In this document: one piece after another, positions 1 through 10,669 of the stretch
Position numbering within the stretch: position 1 is the stretch's first letter
Layout: every line of letters begins with the position of its first letter
DNA from: Octopus sinensis
Taxonomy: Eukaryota
Reading direction: 5' to 3'
NCBI RefSeq assembly: GCF_006345805.1
Contig: NW_021824973.1
Span: 1-16,920 of the forward strand
DNA: 16,920 nt
Program-made: the position numbers and the translations under genes
The notes under the pieces: model-generated
The model's database searches: none
Told to the model about the DNA's origin: nothing
The model's input: the letters and a program-made list of their open reading frames with translations, nothing else

Positions 1-1241
1 GAATATTGACAGTGTTTATACATTAAATAACATTAACTTCAATTGAACATACCGGATATATACATATATACATATGCATACGTGCGCAAGTATGTATATG
101 TATATATATATACATATGTGTGTGTGTTTTGTGTGTGCATGCGTGTGTATGTATGTATATGTGTGTATATATATAGATAATATATTATATATATGTATGT
201 ATGTATGTATGTTTCCTTCCTAAAGACAAGACGTGCTTTTGTCTGTCTCTTCTCAAAGCTCGTTTTTCCAGCTTTCACCCCTTCACATCGTCTTGACTTA
301 ACAACCCTCACCGTTTGTTTTTACTGTTTTGTTCTCACTGTCCTGTTTTTTGTTACCACTTTGCCCCTCCGCAAAACTTCCCAAATTTTATTTAATTTGC
401 TTTGCGGGAAGGACTGTTTTAACGAAGTCGCATCTTGTCGTTACCTTCGTAACGTGGAGTAGATAAAACAGGGGACAACTGATGAAGGGAATGTTCTTTA
501 TGTTACATGTCTCGTTTCTCTGTTTGTTTTTTTCGTTGCTCGAAAAAAATTCGCTTTCTATGGTTTTGTTTTTTATGTTCTCGTTTCTCATTGTCTACGT
601 TTTTTTTGACGTCTGTATGTATATATACACATATATATATAGGTATGTACATATGCATATATTTATATATTATTTATATTATTATATGCGTATGTATATA
701 TAAGTTTCTATACGCAACAATCACTTCAGTAATAAAGACAAGAAGCTATTACACACATCTTATCATAATGGACGATCAAATCCAAACATATAACAAAAAT
801 AAAAAAATACAGCCAACACAAAAATAGAGGAAGTGAGTGATATCCTTATTGAAATTAATAAAGCAAAGAATATAATTAAACAAAGATCAGGGAAATATTA
901 TAGGAATATAATATAAAAATGAATTATCTAATATCAAAGCAGGCTTGAGTCTGGAAATACTTTCTAAATCACAGATAATCCGTTGTTATGAAAAACGGAA
1001 ACAGCATCAGTTCTTTGAGAAAAACAAACGGCTTGATTCCGATGCAAAATGAATTTATCAAGAAAAATTAGATAAAAATAGAATAAAATAGAATAAATCA
1101 AAAAATATTGCAGGATTAGCGAGAGGAAAGAAACAAGATTTAGGTAGATTGTGAGAAGATGTTAAAACTCAGTACCACGACGACCAACAATGACAACAAC
1201 ACCAGAACAACAACAACAACAACAGTAATAATAATAATAAT

Positions 1242-1832
1242 TTCTACTAAAGGGACAAGGGCTGAAATTTGTGGGAGGTGGGACAGTCGATTACATCGAC
1301 CCCAGTACTTAGCGGGTATTTATTTTATCGACTTCGAAAGGATGAAAAGCGAAGTCGACCTCGGTGGAATTTGAACTCAGAACGTAGCGGCAGACGAATT
1401 ACCTATTTCTTTACTACCCACAAGAGGCTAAACACAGAGAGGACAAACAAGGACAGACAGACAGATTAAGTCAATTACGTCGACCCCAGTGCGTAACTGG
1501 TACTTAATTTATCGACCCCGAAAGGATGAAAGGTAAATTCGACCTCGGCGGAATTTGAACTCAGAACGAAGCGGCAGACGAAATACCGCTAAGCATTTCA
1601 TCCGGCGTGCTAACGTTTCTACCAGCTCGCCGCTTTAACAATAATAATAATAATAATCATTTCTACTAAAGGTACAAGGCCTGAAATTTTGTGGGTGGGG
1701 ACTAGTCGATGTAATCGGCCCCAGTGTTTCATTGGTACTTAAATTATCGACCCCGAAAAAATGAAAGACAAAGTTGACCTCGGTGGAATTTGAACTCACA
1801 ATGTAAAGACGTGCGAGAAACCGATAAGCATC
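1242..1832 (-). mobile_element. Three tandem/partly nested copies of a tRNA-derived SINE (family 1), two with (ATT)n tails
   Basis: The block GAGTTCAAATTC(C/A)...GAGGTCGAC...CTTTCATC.TTT..GTCGATAAA..AAGTACC recurs three times on the minus strand. B-box-like GAGTTCAAATTC at 1367-1378, 1551-1562 and 1786-1797; (AAT)n at ~1224-1241 and ~1640-1657. Confidence 0.85.
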
Positions 1833-1882
1833 TTATATGTATGTATATGTATGTGTGTGTGTGTGTATATATATATAATTGC

Positions 1883-1914
<32 letters not shown>

Positions 1915-1924
1915 CACGCATATA

Positions 1925-1969
<45 letters not shown>

Positions 1970-2030
1970 ATATATATATAATATGTGTGTATACATGTAT
2001 GTGCGTATGTACGTATATGTTGTGTGTGTT
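1830..2030. repeat. (TA)n/(TG)n microsatellite
   Basis: Direct reading. Confidence 0.95.
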
Positions 2031-2145
2031 TTTGTTTGTCACGAAAACTGATAGACAACCGGTGTTGGTTTGTTTACGTCGCCGTAAACTTGCAGTTCAA
2101 CAAAAGAAATCGATAGAGCAAATACCGATCTCAAGACATACAAAA
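2030..2145 (+). mobile_element. Diverged 3' half of SINE family 2
   Basis: GACAACCGGTGTTGGTTTGTTTACGTCGCCGTAA... resembles 9840-9910. Confidence 0.6.
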
Positions 2146-2146
2146 T

Positions 2147-2182
<36 letters not shown>

Positions 2183-2885
2183 CACCTTTCAAGTGCGGCT
2201 GACATCAAAGGGCGGAAACAAATGAAAGTTATATATACAAAATAATAATAATAAAAAAAAGAATTAAAAAAAGCGATAAAAGATTATTAAGAGCGAATTA
2301 AAGAAAACAAAATTTCGCCAAGGAAAGGTGTCAGCCGCATCCATTAATTTACTCTAATTCTCTATGTAGGTCATTCGATAATTAAGAAAATTACAAAATA
2401 CTAATGAATGAAGCTTATTTTTTATGATTCATTTACTCATACAGTCTAGCAGTGAGCTGTTTCACAATGTTTTTGTATACAAAAGTGTAGCAGTAATTCA
2501 GGTGTGAACACACAAAAGTTATGGGATAGTGTAGGTTTAATAAGTTGGTAATATTAATGACATCGGGAGTGTGGGCCAATTATTTGACTTTGCAGAGACA
2601 TCAGTTACTAGACTTAATTAAGTAAAAAAAGAAAAAAAATTAATATATACATTAATTAGAATATAAATTACACTTACTTGTACGTTCTACTCATACACCC
2701 CCACATGTCTGTGTGCGTATGTTTAACATTTATACATGTATGTATATGTGTGTGTGTGTTTGTGTGTGTGTATGTATGTATGCGTGCACGTGTACAAACA
2801 CGCACGTGCACACGTACATACATATACGTACAAATATACATATGCGCCAATATAACCTCACACACACGCACACACACACAACACT

Positions 2886-2959
<74 letters not shown>

Positions 2960-2968
2960 ATAAACAAT

Positions 2969-3106
2969 TGCAGCGTGGAAGGTGTTTATAAGCCATTTAA
3001 GAAACACACAAAAGCCGTTCGATTCACTCCAACATTTAAGTTTAATTTGTCAAAGTATTTTCGTCGCTAAAATCCGCGACCTGTTCACTGACAAAGTCTG
3101 TGCTGC
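2969..3106 (-). mobile_element. Short element carrying a core-variant hammerhead, probable PLE terminal-repeat fragment
   Basis: Sits between (TA)n tracts, has TGCAGC/GCTGCA ends, and contains the HHR fold at 3046-3094. Confidence 0.55.
3046..3094 (-). ncRNA. Minimal type-I hammerhead-like motif with G3:C8 core (family C)
   Basis: Minus strand reads TTTGTCA-GTGAACA-G-GTCGC-GGATTTA-GCGAC-GAAA-ATACTT-TGACAAA: 7-bp stem I, 5-bp stem II, GUGAACA in place of CUGANGA. Confidence 0.6.
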
Positions 3107-3140
3107 ATCTATATATATATATATATATACTATATATATA

Positions 3141-3349
3141 CAGGATGGCCCAAAAGTAGGTTTACAGTTATTCAACTATCTCTTTCACATTCATACATTA
3201 ACAGTTTAGACCTTATTTATTGAAAAGATATGAAACCATTATTCTATGCTAATTTAGTTGTTAGTTAGAAATTTAAATGTAATAAAATGTTTTAAAAGAA
3301 ATTTAAAGTACCTAGGTGATAAGTGTAAACCTACTTTTGGGCCGACCTG
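3141..3349. mobile_element. Tc1/mariner-type MITE (209 bp)
   Basis: 26-bp TIRs CAGG(AT/TC)GGCCCAAAAGTAGGTTTACA at 3141-3166 and 3324-3349 (2 mismatches), TA on both sides, AT-rich non-coding interior. Confidence 0.9.
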
Positions 3350-3570
3350 TACCCTTTTACTTGTTTCAGTCATTTGACTGTGGCCATGCTTGAGCACCAC
3401 CTTTTTAGTCGAGCAAATCGACCCCAGGACTTATTCTTTGTAAGCCTTGTATTTATTCTATCGGTATTTTTTGCCAAACCGCTAGTTACGGGGACATAAA
3501 CACACCAGCATCGGTTGTCAAGCGATATTAGGTGGGGGTCAAACACAGACACACAAACATATACACTCAC

Positions 3571-3613
<43 letters not shown>

Positions 3614-3643
3614 ATATATATATAACATGATGCGAAGGATTCA

Positions 3644-3720
3644 GCGTACATATGTTTCGGGCCTTTATTAGACAGATTTATAACAATGCATAATGTATGT
3701 CTGTGGCCTTCTTCAGCCGC
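3644..3720 (-). ncRNA. Hammerhead family A, inverted copy with 1-nt indels in stems I and II
   Basis: GCGG-CTGAAGA-A-GGCC...GGCCC-GAAAC-ATAT-GTA-CGC on the minus strand. Confidence 0.6.
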
Positions 3721-3973
3721 GCACAACAGCTTCCACAAGGACATGTGTTACATCAAAATTCTTGGTTGAGGATGCAACCTCTCATTCGCGTACGACATAA
3801 TGCGGCAGCAGCATAGAATTGAAGCGTCCATCTCTTTCTTCTCTCAATGTAGGAAAAAGATGGACGCTTCAATTCTATGCTGCTGCCGCATTATGTCGTA
3901 CGCGAATGAGAGGATTTGCATCCCCAACCAAGAATTTTTGATGTAACACATGTCCTTGTGGAAGCTGTTGTGC

Positions 3974-4049
3974 GCGGCTGAAGAAGGCCACAGACATACA
4001 TTATGCATTGTTATAAATCTTCTAATAAAGGCCGAAACATATGTACCGC
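3974..4049 (+). ncRNA. Minimal type-I hammerhead ribozyme (family A, intact copy)
   Basis: GCGG-CTGAAGA-A-GGCC-(40 nt)-GGCC-GAAAC-ATAT-GTA-CCGC. Palindromic stem III ACATATGT; GUA cleavage triplet, predicted cut after 4045. Confidence 0.8.
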
Positions 4050-4152
4050 TGAATCCTTCGCATCATGTTTTTATTTTGATCAATTACTCTCCACCACCTA
4101 CACCACCAAACGGTATACAACAGTGCTTATAATTATCAAGTACTCACCCCGA

Positions 4153-4202
<50 letters not shown>

Positions 4203-4409
4203 ATATATACAACGGGCTTCTTTCAGTTTCCGTCTACCAAATCCATTCACAAGGCTTTGGTCGGCCCGAGGCTATAGTAGAAGACACTTGCCCAGGTGCC
4301 AAGCAGTGGGACTGAACCGGGAACCATGTGGTTGGTAAGAAAGCTACTTACCACACAGCCACTCCTACGCCTATGAATATTTTTGAAAGACACAGAAGCC
4401 GACAAACAG

Positions 4410-4511
4410 AACTAAATAGACAGACAGACATACAGAAAGAGGAAGAGAGAGACAGAGAGACAGAGAGACAGACAGGCAGGCAGACAGACAGACAGACAGA
4501 CAGATAGATAA

Positions 4512-4610
<99 letters not shown>

Positions 4611-4648
4611 TGATTGATTGACAGATTGATTGATTGATTGATTGACTG
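4410..4648. repeat. Compound tetranucleotide microsatellite (GACA)n-(GATA)n-(GATT)n
   Basis: Direct reading. Confidence 0.95.
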
Positions 4649-5251
4649 ATGTCGTCCTCTGAAGTTGATAGAATATTCGTTGTTCTAAAACTGACGCGAA
4701 ATATTGGTAATCCAAAGGTCTGAGCTTGTGTTGAAACAGATACTGTTGTATTTTGGGAGGGTCATTACGCCAATAACAAGCACACGCGCTGGTTCTGTTT
4801 AACTTCTGTAATATTTGTTAATTGGATAGCAACTGAACCAACTGACAAGTCGATTATTTGATTAATTATTCCGTTAATAAATCAATCGGTTATATTTGTT
4901 CCTGGCTAGTTTTCTTTTAATCTCTGCGGCACATATGTGCACTCTCCGCCAGACACCAGTTCATAGCGACACCTTTATGGAAATAATCAGGTGAAGTTTA
5001 TCATCCGAGAGTAAATACAATTCAACCAGCCAGACAGCTTCTACAACATTTTCGGCTTTTACCAATCGTAGGTCGATTAGAGTCAATGGTAGAATGATAA
5101 CACGTTTAGTTCCCGAGCGGACAGTTAGCACAAGGGAGAGAATAATTTCTACATAATATTTGGCGGTTCTATATTTAAGCAATGAGGAATTATGTACATT
5201 ATTTAAATTATTTATATTCGACGGATATTTGTCCTCATCTTGTTTGTTGTT

Positions 5252-5297
5252 AACACAACGTTTCGGCTGATATACCATCCAGCCTTCTTCAAGTGTC
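5252..5297 (-). ncRNA. Hammerhead family B, copy with C3-to-U change
   Basis: GACAC-TTGAAGA-A-GGCTG-GATGGTATAT-CAGCC-GAAAC-GTT-GTGTT, inside a 129-bp unit (5195-5323) that matches 6170-6298 with 6 substitutions. Confidence 0.6.
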
Positions 5298-5341
5298 TTG
5301 GGGAAATTTCGAACCTGGGTTCTGATCCCATAATTGCCCAC

Positions 5342-5414
5342 GGGCATATGGCGTAGTGGTTAAGAGCGCGGGCTACTAACCCCAAGATTCCGAGTTCGAT
5401 TCTAAGCAGTGACC
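5342..5414 (+). mobile_element. tRNA-derived head (A and B boxes) followed by (TAA)n; SINE-like, not a functional tRNA
   Basis: A box TGGCGTAGTGG at 5349-5359, B box GAGTTCGATTC at 5392-5402; acceptor and T stems imperfect; (TAA)n at ~5428-5500. Confidence 0.7.
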
Positions 5415-5438
5415 TGGACACTAACACTAATAATAATA

Positions 5439-5500
<62 letters not shown>

Positions 5501-6062
5501 TGCTCTGATGCAGTACCAGGCAGTGGCTCTCATGGCTTTTGATCTTAACTGATTGCATGTGTTATCATGCACATTGTTTTGTCTTGGTATAAAGATGGGC
5601 TACAGCAAATATTCTGCTCAATACCACAGATTTGCTTGTCAGTTGCTTGACTTTAACTAGTTGAGCATGTCCTTAGTGGTTGACGATATGTGCATCTCTG
5701 ATCACGAGCAGAAGTAGTGGGGGAGCATCATAGCCATGTGTTGAGAGGGATTCTTTGGGGTTTGAATAATTCACCTCTGAACATGGGTGGTTCTTTCAAC
5801 ATTCCTTAAACAACCCTATTCAGGGACCTTTTGGAGCGGGATGGGCTACTCAACTGAAGAAATTCTAACTGGGACCCACCTGCAAGGTCATGTGCTGTTT
5901 ATCTTGATATGAGATCACCATGTCGCGCACATATGGTTGTGATGCATGTGCCTGGTGTACCCTACAGACGGGTAGTCATGATGGGTATATCGGGCTTCGT
6001 ATATTTTACCCCAGTGTCACTTTGATGGCATGAACTGCTCTCTCACTCAATAATAATAATAA
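5501..6062. repeat. Probable interspersed repeat bounded by (AAT)n runs
   Basis: Higher-GC unique block between AAT microsatellites. It resembles an octopus repeat from memory only; there is no second copy in the window. Confidence 0.3.
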
Positions 6063-6107
6063 TGAGGATGATGGTGATGGTGTTTGTGGTGGTGGTGGTG
6101 GTGGTGG

Positions 6108-6141
<34 letters not shown>

Positions 6142-6195
6142 AAAAACAACGAAAAATACCTTAGGAATGAGAACCCAGGTTCGAAATTTCCCCAA

Positions 6196-6241
6196 GACAC
6201 CTGAAGAAGGCTGGAGGGTATATCAGCCGAAACGTTGTGTT
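6196..6241 (+). ncRNA. Minimal type-I hammerhead ribozyme (family B, intact core)
   Basis: GACAC-CTGAAGA-A-GGCTG-GAGGGTATAT-CAGCC-GAAAC-GTT-GTGTT. Loopless palindromic stem III AACGTT; predicted cut after 6236. Confidence 0.75.
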
Positions 6242-6647
6242 AGCAACAAACAAGATGAGGACAAAAATCCGTCGAATGTAAATAATATAAATAATGTAAA
6301 TATTTGGCGGGATTAGCAGTTTGAAGTTGAAATTCAGGAGATGCATAAAGCATAGATATTAAATTATTTTTTACACTCGAATATCGAACCCGGAGTCATT
6401 TGATTGCAACGCTAACTTCCTAACCACACGACCATGCCTGTACACGCTTTCATTATTATTATTTTTTTTTTTGTTAGACTGTTTTACTGATTCTGGTATT
6501 AAGTGTGTAACTGAATACAATAAAACATGAAACAAAAGGAAATATCACGTGACAAGTTTTTGCCGCTTTTCGTAATGTAATATTATCAGCTGGTTGCTAA
6601 AAGTTATTCGGAGACGCGAGGGTGTGCTTTGAATCTTCTTCCATCTC

Positions 6648-6985
6648 TTACTTTGTTTCAGACATTCGAGTGCGGCCATGCTGGAGCACAGCCTCGAAGG
6701 GATTTCAATCGAACAAATCAATCCCCTTACATTTTTTTAAAAATCAGATGTCCCTTTTATCGATCACTTTCGCTGAACCGCTTCTCAGGCAGTGAAACAG
6801 ATACACATACACACATACATATATTTAACGGGTTTCCATACAGTTTCCGTCTACCAAATTCACACAGAAATTTGGTTGGTTCGAAGCTATAGTAGGTAAC
6901 ACCTACCCCAGGTACCGCGCGATGGGACTGATCCTAAAACCACGCGGTCATAAAGTAAGCTTCTTAACCACAAAGCCAGGTCCGC
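6648..6985 (-). mobile_element. Diverged SINE family 2 copy
   Basis: CTTTGTTTCAGACATTCGAGTGCGGCCATGCTGGAGCAC... and CAGTTTCCGTCTACCAAAT... match 15205-15595. Confidence 0.75.
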
Positions 6986-7692
6986 GCTTTCTTTTTCTTT
7001 TTCATTATTTGTTGGGGTTTTTTTTGGGGGGGGTGTTTCGTAATATAATATAATCAGTTGATCTGCTAAAAAGTATTTGGGCGGGTGGGGGTTCACAAGA
7101 TAATTAATAAAGATGGGAAAGGAGAAAAAGGAGGAGGATGTCGACGACGACGCGGATGAAATGGATAGACAGGGGGAGAGGAGAGAGACAAAAGATGGAA
7201 GGTGAAGGGGGTGAGCTTAATGGACCAGAAATTAAAGCCTCTACTCTTTGTCCTGTGAAGTTTGCGTGTATATGTACGTGTGCGCCCGTGGGCCACTGAG
7301 TGCGTGCGTGTGCGTGCGAGCGTGCGTGCGTGCGTGCATGTGTGTGTGTGTGTATGTGAAGGGGGTAGAACACATGTTCCACATGGTAATGTAAGATAGA
7401 TGTAAACTGACTGCGATGATGATCAGAGAGATCCTTCAGATAAAACACTGTCAACTGATACACACACACACACACACACGCACTCACACGCACTCACACA
7501 CACGCGCACGCATATACCACACACCACACACACAGACATATATATGTATGTATCTATATGTATGTATACATATATGTATCTAGCTATCTATATATGTATC
7601 ATACGATATAGTGTATATTTAAACACATGAAGAATCCACTTATAGGAATTCAACACGCTAGAAAGAACAGCTAGGCTCTATAACCACAAAAA

Positions 7693-8077
7693 TCTTTATA
7701 TATAAAAGTAAGGTTGTGTGTCTGTCTCCTACGATTTAGATTCCTAACTACTCCCACATTTTGCGGTGCAGTTTAACCAAAACCGGGTATCTTATAGTCG
7801 TGATTCATATTGAGCCCTTCTGGGTATTAGCGCGCGTCTACGATTTTAAAAATAATTTACATTCATTTTTTCCATTTTTGCATTTTTTTCGCTATTATAT
7901 AAGGGAAGTAACTCTCTAAAAATGTCTCCGTTGAGTCAACGATTTAAAAAAAATTTACCATCATTTTTTTTTCCATTTTTAATGCATTTTTTTTGCTATT
8001 TTTTGGCTATAACTCTCTAAAAATGCTTTATAGTTATTTCCCTTACAAACCCGAGCAACGCCGGGCGATACTGCTAG
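7693..8077 (+). mobile_element. Non-autonomous Helitron (385 bp)
   Basis: A|TC 5' end (TCTTTATATATAAAAG), subterminal GC-rich hairpin CCCGAGCAACGCCGGG at 8050-8065, CTAG|T 3' end, no TSD, internal ~90-100-bp tandem duplication (~7838-7924 and ~7937-8025). Confidence 0.85.
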
Positions 8078-8574
8078 TTAGGGATAAAATTCGACAGGAA
8101 CGAAATGAAAAATAAAGAACATTTTACCATCTAGTTTCCTGGACCAATTGATTTCTGATTTTAGTTTAGCGAGTCAAGGAACTCGCCAGGTGCAATCTTC
8201 CTCAACAGGACTACCTTGGGTTAAACGTATACACACAGAGCGATGAAAACTACTTGCCCCGTATTTATACGCCCTAACATTTTCAAAATCTCTATATGTG
8301 TGTGTATATATATATTATATATATATATATATATCCTGTAAATAATAATAATAATGGTATTTTATATAAGCTTTAAGCTTATGGTGATCACCGTGCAATG
8401 ACTAAGGAAAATAGTCTAATAAAGGGGCATATAAGTCCTCGACAGTATATAATATATATATATATATACTATATATATACATATATTTATATATGTGTGT
8501 GTATATGTATGGGTATATATATGCACATATGTGTAGGGGTGTATGTATGTATGTATGTATAAAGCTCCTATCGC

Positions 8575-8750
8575 AGTCGTGGTTCTTTGGTAGGAAGTTT
8601 GCTTCGCAACTGTAAGCTTCTGGGCTTAGTATCACAGTCTGATACCTTGGACAAGTGTTTTATGCTATACCCACAAGATCAAAGGAGTATGAATGGGTTT
8701 CGTGGATGGAAACCGTCCGGAAGCCCGTCGTACACACGCACGCTCGCGTG
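8575..8750 (+). mobile_element. Old SINE family 2, 5' half
   Basis: GGTAGGAAGTTTGCTTCGCAAC...ACCTTGGACAAGTG...GGAAGCCCGTCGTA resembles 9650-9775. Confidence 0.6.
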
Positions 8751-8760
8751 CTTGCACACG

Positions 8761-8789
<29 letters not shown>

Positions 8790-8791
<2 letters not shown>

Positions 8792-9245
8792 CCTCCAGTC
8801 ATGAATGACCATGGGATTGCACCTAGAAAGTTCCTCTCCGAGATACAAGTCTGGACAAGATTGTTTTATGGAAGACCAACAATGACCCATGCATACCAGC
8901 CTCTCCTTTCCACATCACCAATGTTATCCAAGGTAAAGGCAAAAGCTGATACAGCTTGACACCTGTGACATCGCAGCTCATTTCTACAGGTGAGCGAACT
9001 GAAGCAACGTGAAATAAAGTGCCTTGCTCAAGGACGCAACGCAACCCAATCTGGGAATCGAACTCACTACCTCACGATTGTGAACCCGACGTTCTAACCA
9101 CTGAGCCTGCGCCTTCACTTTACAGATGAGTGACCCGAAGCAACGTAAAATGAAATATTTGACCAAGAATACAACACATAGCCCGGTCCTGGAATCGAAC
9201 TCACCACTTTATGATTGTGAACCCGATGATCAAAACACTGAGTCA
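8790..9245 (-). mobile_element. CORE-like tRNA-derived SINE (family 3): full copy ~8790-9112 plus a partial second head/core ~9116-9245
   Basis: B boxes GAGTTCGATTC at 9055-9065 and 9192-9202. The body CCTTGAGCAAGGCACTTTA...CAGTTCGCTCACCTGTAGAAATGAG resembles the CORE-SINE central domain. Confidence 0.75.
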
Positions 9246-9269
9246 TGCACCTTATATATACAGATATGT

Positions 9270-9465
9270 ATGTGTATCTTTGTGGTTGTTTGTCACCACT
9301 ACCATCACTTGGCAACCGGTGTTCGTCTGTTTACTTACATGTAACTTATAAGTTCGGCTACAGAGACCGATAGAAAAAGTACCAGGTTTTGCTTGTTAGA
9401 AAGAAATATCTACTGTGGGTGAATTGATCGACTAAGCTTTTGAAGGCGGTGCCCCAGTATGACCT
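9270..9465 (+). mobile_element. Diverged SINE family 2, 3' half
   Basis: CTTGGCAACCGGTGTT...GAGACCGATAGAAAAAGTACCAGG...GAAGGCGGTGCCCCAGTATG. Confidence 0.6.
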
Positions 9466-9647
9466 TGGAAGAAAGCAGCGAATGTATACAAAAACAAGGA
9501 CGGAAAAAAACGGACAATGTTACACAAATACAATAAAAATAATAACAGGACATAACAACAGGTGTCTTTCGACTAAGCATGAATTAAATAAAAGCTGGCG
9601 TATATATACATATATAAATATAAGCAAACTGAACGTTTATATACAGG

Positions 9648-10010
9648 AATTGCTGTGTGGTAAGTACCTTGCTTACCAACCACATGGTTCCGGGTTCAGT
9701 CCAACTGCGTGGCACCTTGGGCAAGTGTCTTGTGAGTGGATTTGGTAAACGGAAACTGAAAGAAGCCCGTCGTATATATGTATATATATATATGTGTGTG
9801 TGTGTATGTTTGTGTGTCTGTGTTTGTCCCCCCAACATCGCTTGACAACCGATGCTGGTGTGTTTACGTCCCCGTAACTTAGCGGTTCGGCAAAAAAGAC
9901 CAATAGAATAAGTACTAGACTTACAAAGAATAAGTCCTGGGGTCGATTTCTTCGACTAAAGGCTGTGCTCCAGCATGGCCGCAGTCAAATAACTGAAACA
10001 AGTAAAAGAG
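9648..10010 (+). mobile_element. Near full-length SINE family 2 with a ~30-bp internal deletion
   Basis: Head GTGTGGTAAG...GGTTCAGTCC, internal (AT)/(GT)n, 3' end ACTGAAACAAGTAAAAGAG. Confidence 0.85.
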
Positions 10011-10019
10011 TATATATAT

Positions 10020-10160
10020 ATCGTTCAGTTTGCTTCTACCATATCCACACGCAAATCTGCGGGCGGCCCGTGGCAATAGAAGAAAGCATCTGGCCGAGGT
10101 GCGACGTAATGGAATTGAACTCGAAACCATGTGGTCGGGAAGCAAGTTTATTACCATATT
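10020..10160 (-). mobile_element. Old SINE family 2, 5' half
   Basis: CAGTTTGCTTCTACCATATCCAC...GAACTCGAAACCATGTGGTCGGGAAGCAAG. Confidence 0.55.
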
Positions 10161-10618
10161 TTTTGTATAGTGTTGTTATTGTTGTATTCTCTGTGTAGGT
10201 CGCATACGACTGTTCGGGAAGAATGTAACACGTGTGATATAAAAATTGAAAAAAAAAATATATGTTCTAACAGTGGTTTTCTACTCTCGTGTGATTTTGT
10301 GTGGGAGGTGCGCCTTGTATGAGTGCGTGCATGGGTATGTGTGTGTGCGTGTGTGTGTGAGAGATAGGGGGTGACAGAGAGGGAGGGAAGGAGGACAAGG
10401 GAGAGGGAGGTAGGGGAAGGGAAAGGTTGTAACGATCCACAGAACGTCAGCTGGATAATAATACTTTGTTTCACTGACTTGTGGCACAATCTGGTCAATA
10501 CATAAGCCTCGTTTCTGATAGCAAAGCATTATGTGTGTGTGTGTGTGGGGGGGGGGGGTTGTTTTGTGTGTGTGTGTGTGTATGCACACACATACATATG
10601 TATATTCTTCCACATGAG

Positions 10619-10669
<51 letters not shown>

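Larger units (their letters stand above)
3624..4069. repeat. Long inverted repeat (210- and 212-bp arms, 24-nt spacer) of a hammerhead-containing, PLE-LTR-like unit
   Basis: Arms 3624-3833 and 3858-4069 differ at 6 sites (5 small indels, 1 substitution). Confidence 0.95.
3353..4372 (-). mobile_element. SINE family 2 copy split by an insertion in its internal microsatellite
   Basis: 3' half at ~3353-3580 and tRNA-like head/5' half at ~4200-4372, same orientation and order as the intact copy at 15205-15595. Confidence 0.75.

Noticed and set aside
423-490. Partial hammerhead-like arrangement GAAG-TCGC-ATC-TTGTC...GACAA-CTGATGA
   Set aside because: Stem I and CUGAUGA are present, but no stem II closes onto a GAAA.
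2194-2339. 11-bp inverted repeat TGCGGCTGACA/TGTCAGCCGCA around A-rich DNA
   Set aside because: No TSD and no second copy; too short to call a MITE.
4961-5347. 128-aa ORF (and 6062-6316)
   Set aside because: It shares sequence only through the HHR repeat unit; no RT or GIY-YIG motifs were recognised.
5342-5414. Functional tRNA gene
   Set aside because: Acceptor and T stems do not pair properly, and it runs into a TAA microsatellite like a SINE head.
8178-8196. Hairpin GCGAGT-CAAGGA-ACTCGC as a hammerhead stem II
   Set aside because: The flanking core motifs are missing on both strands.
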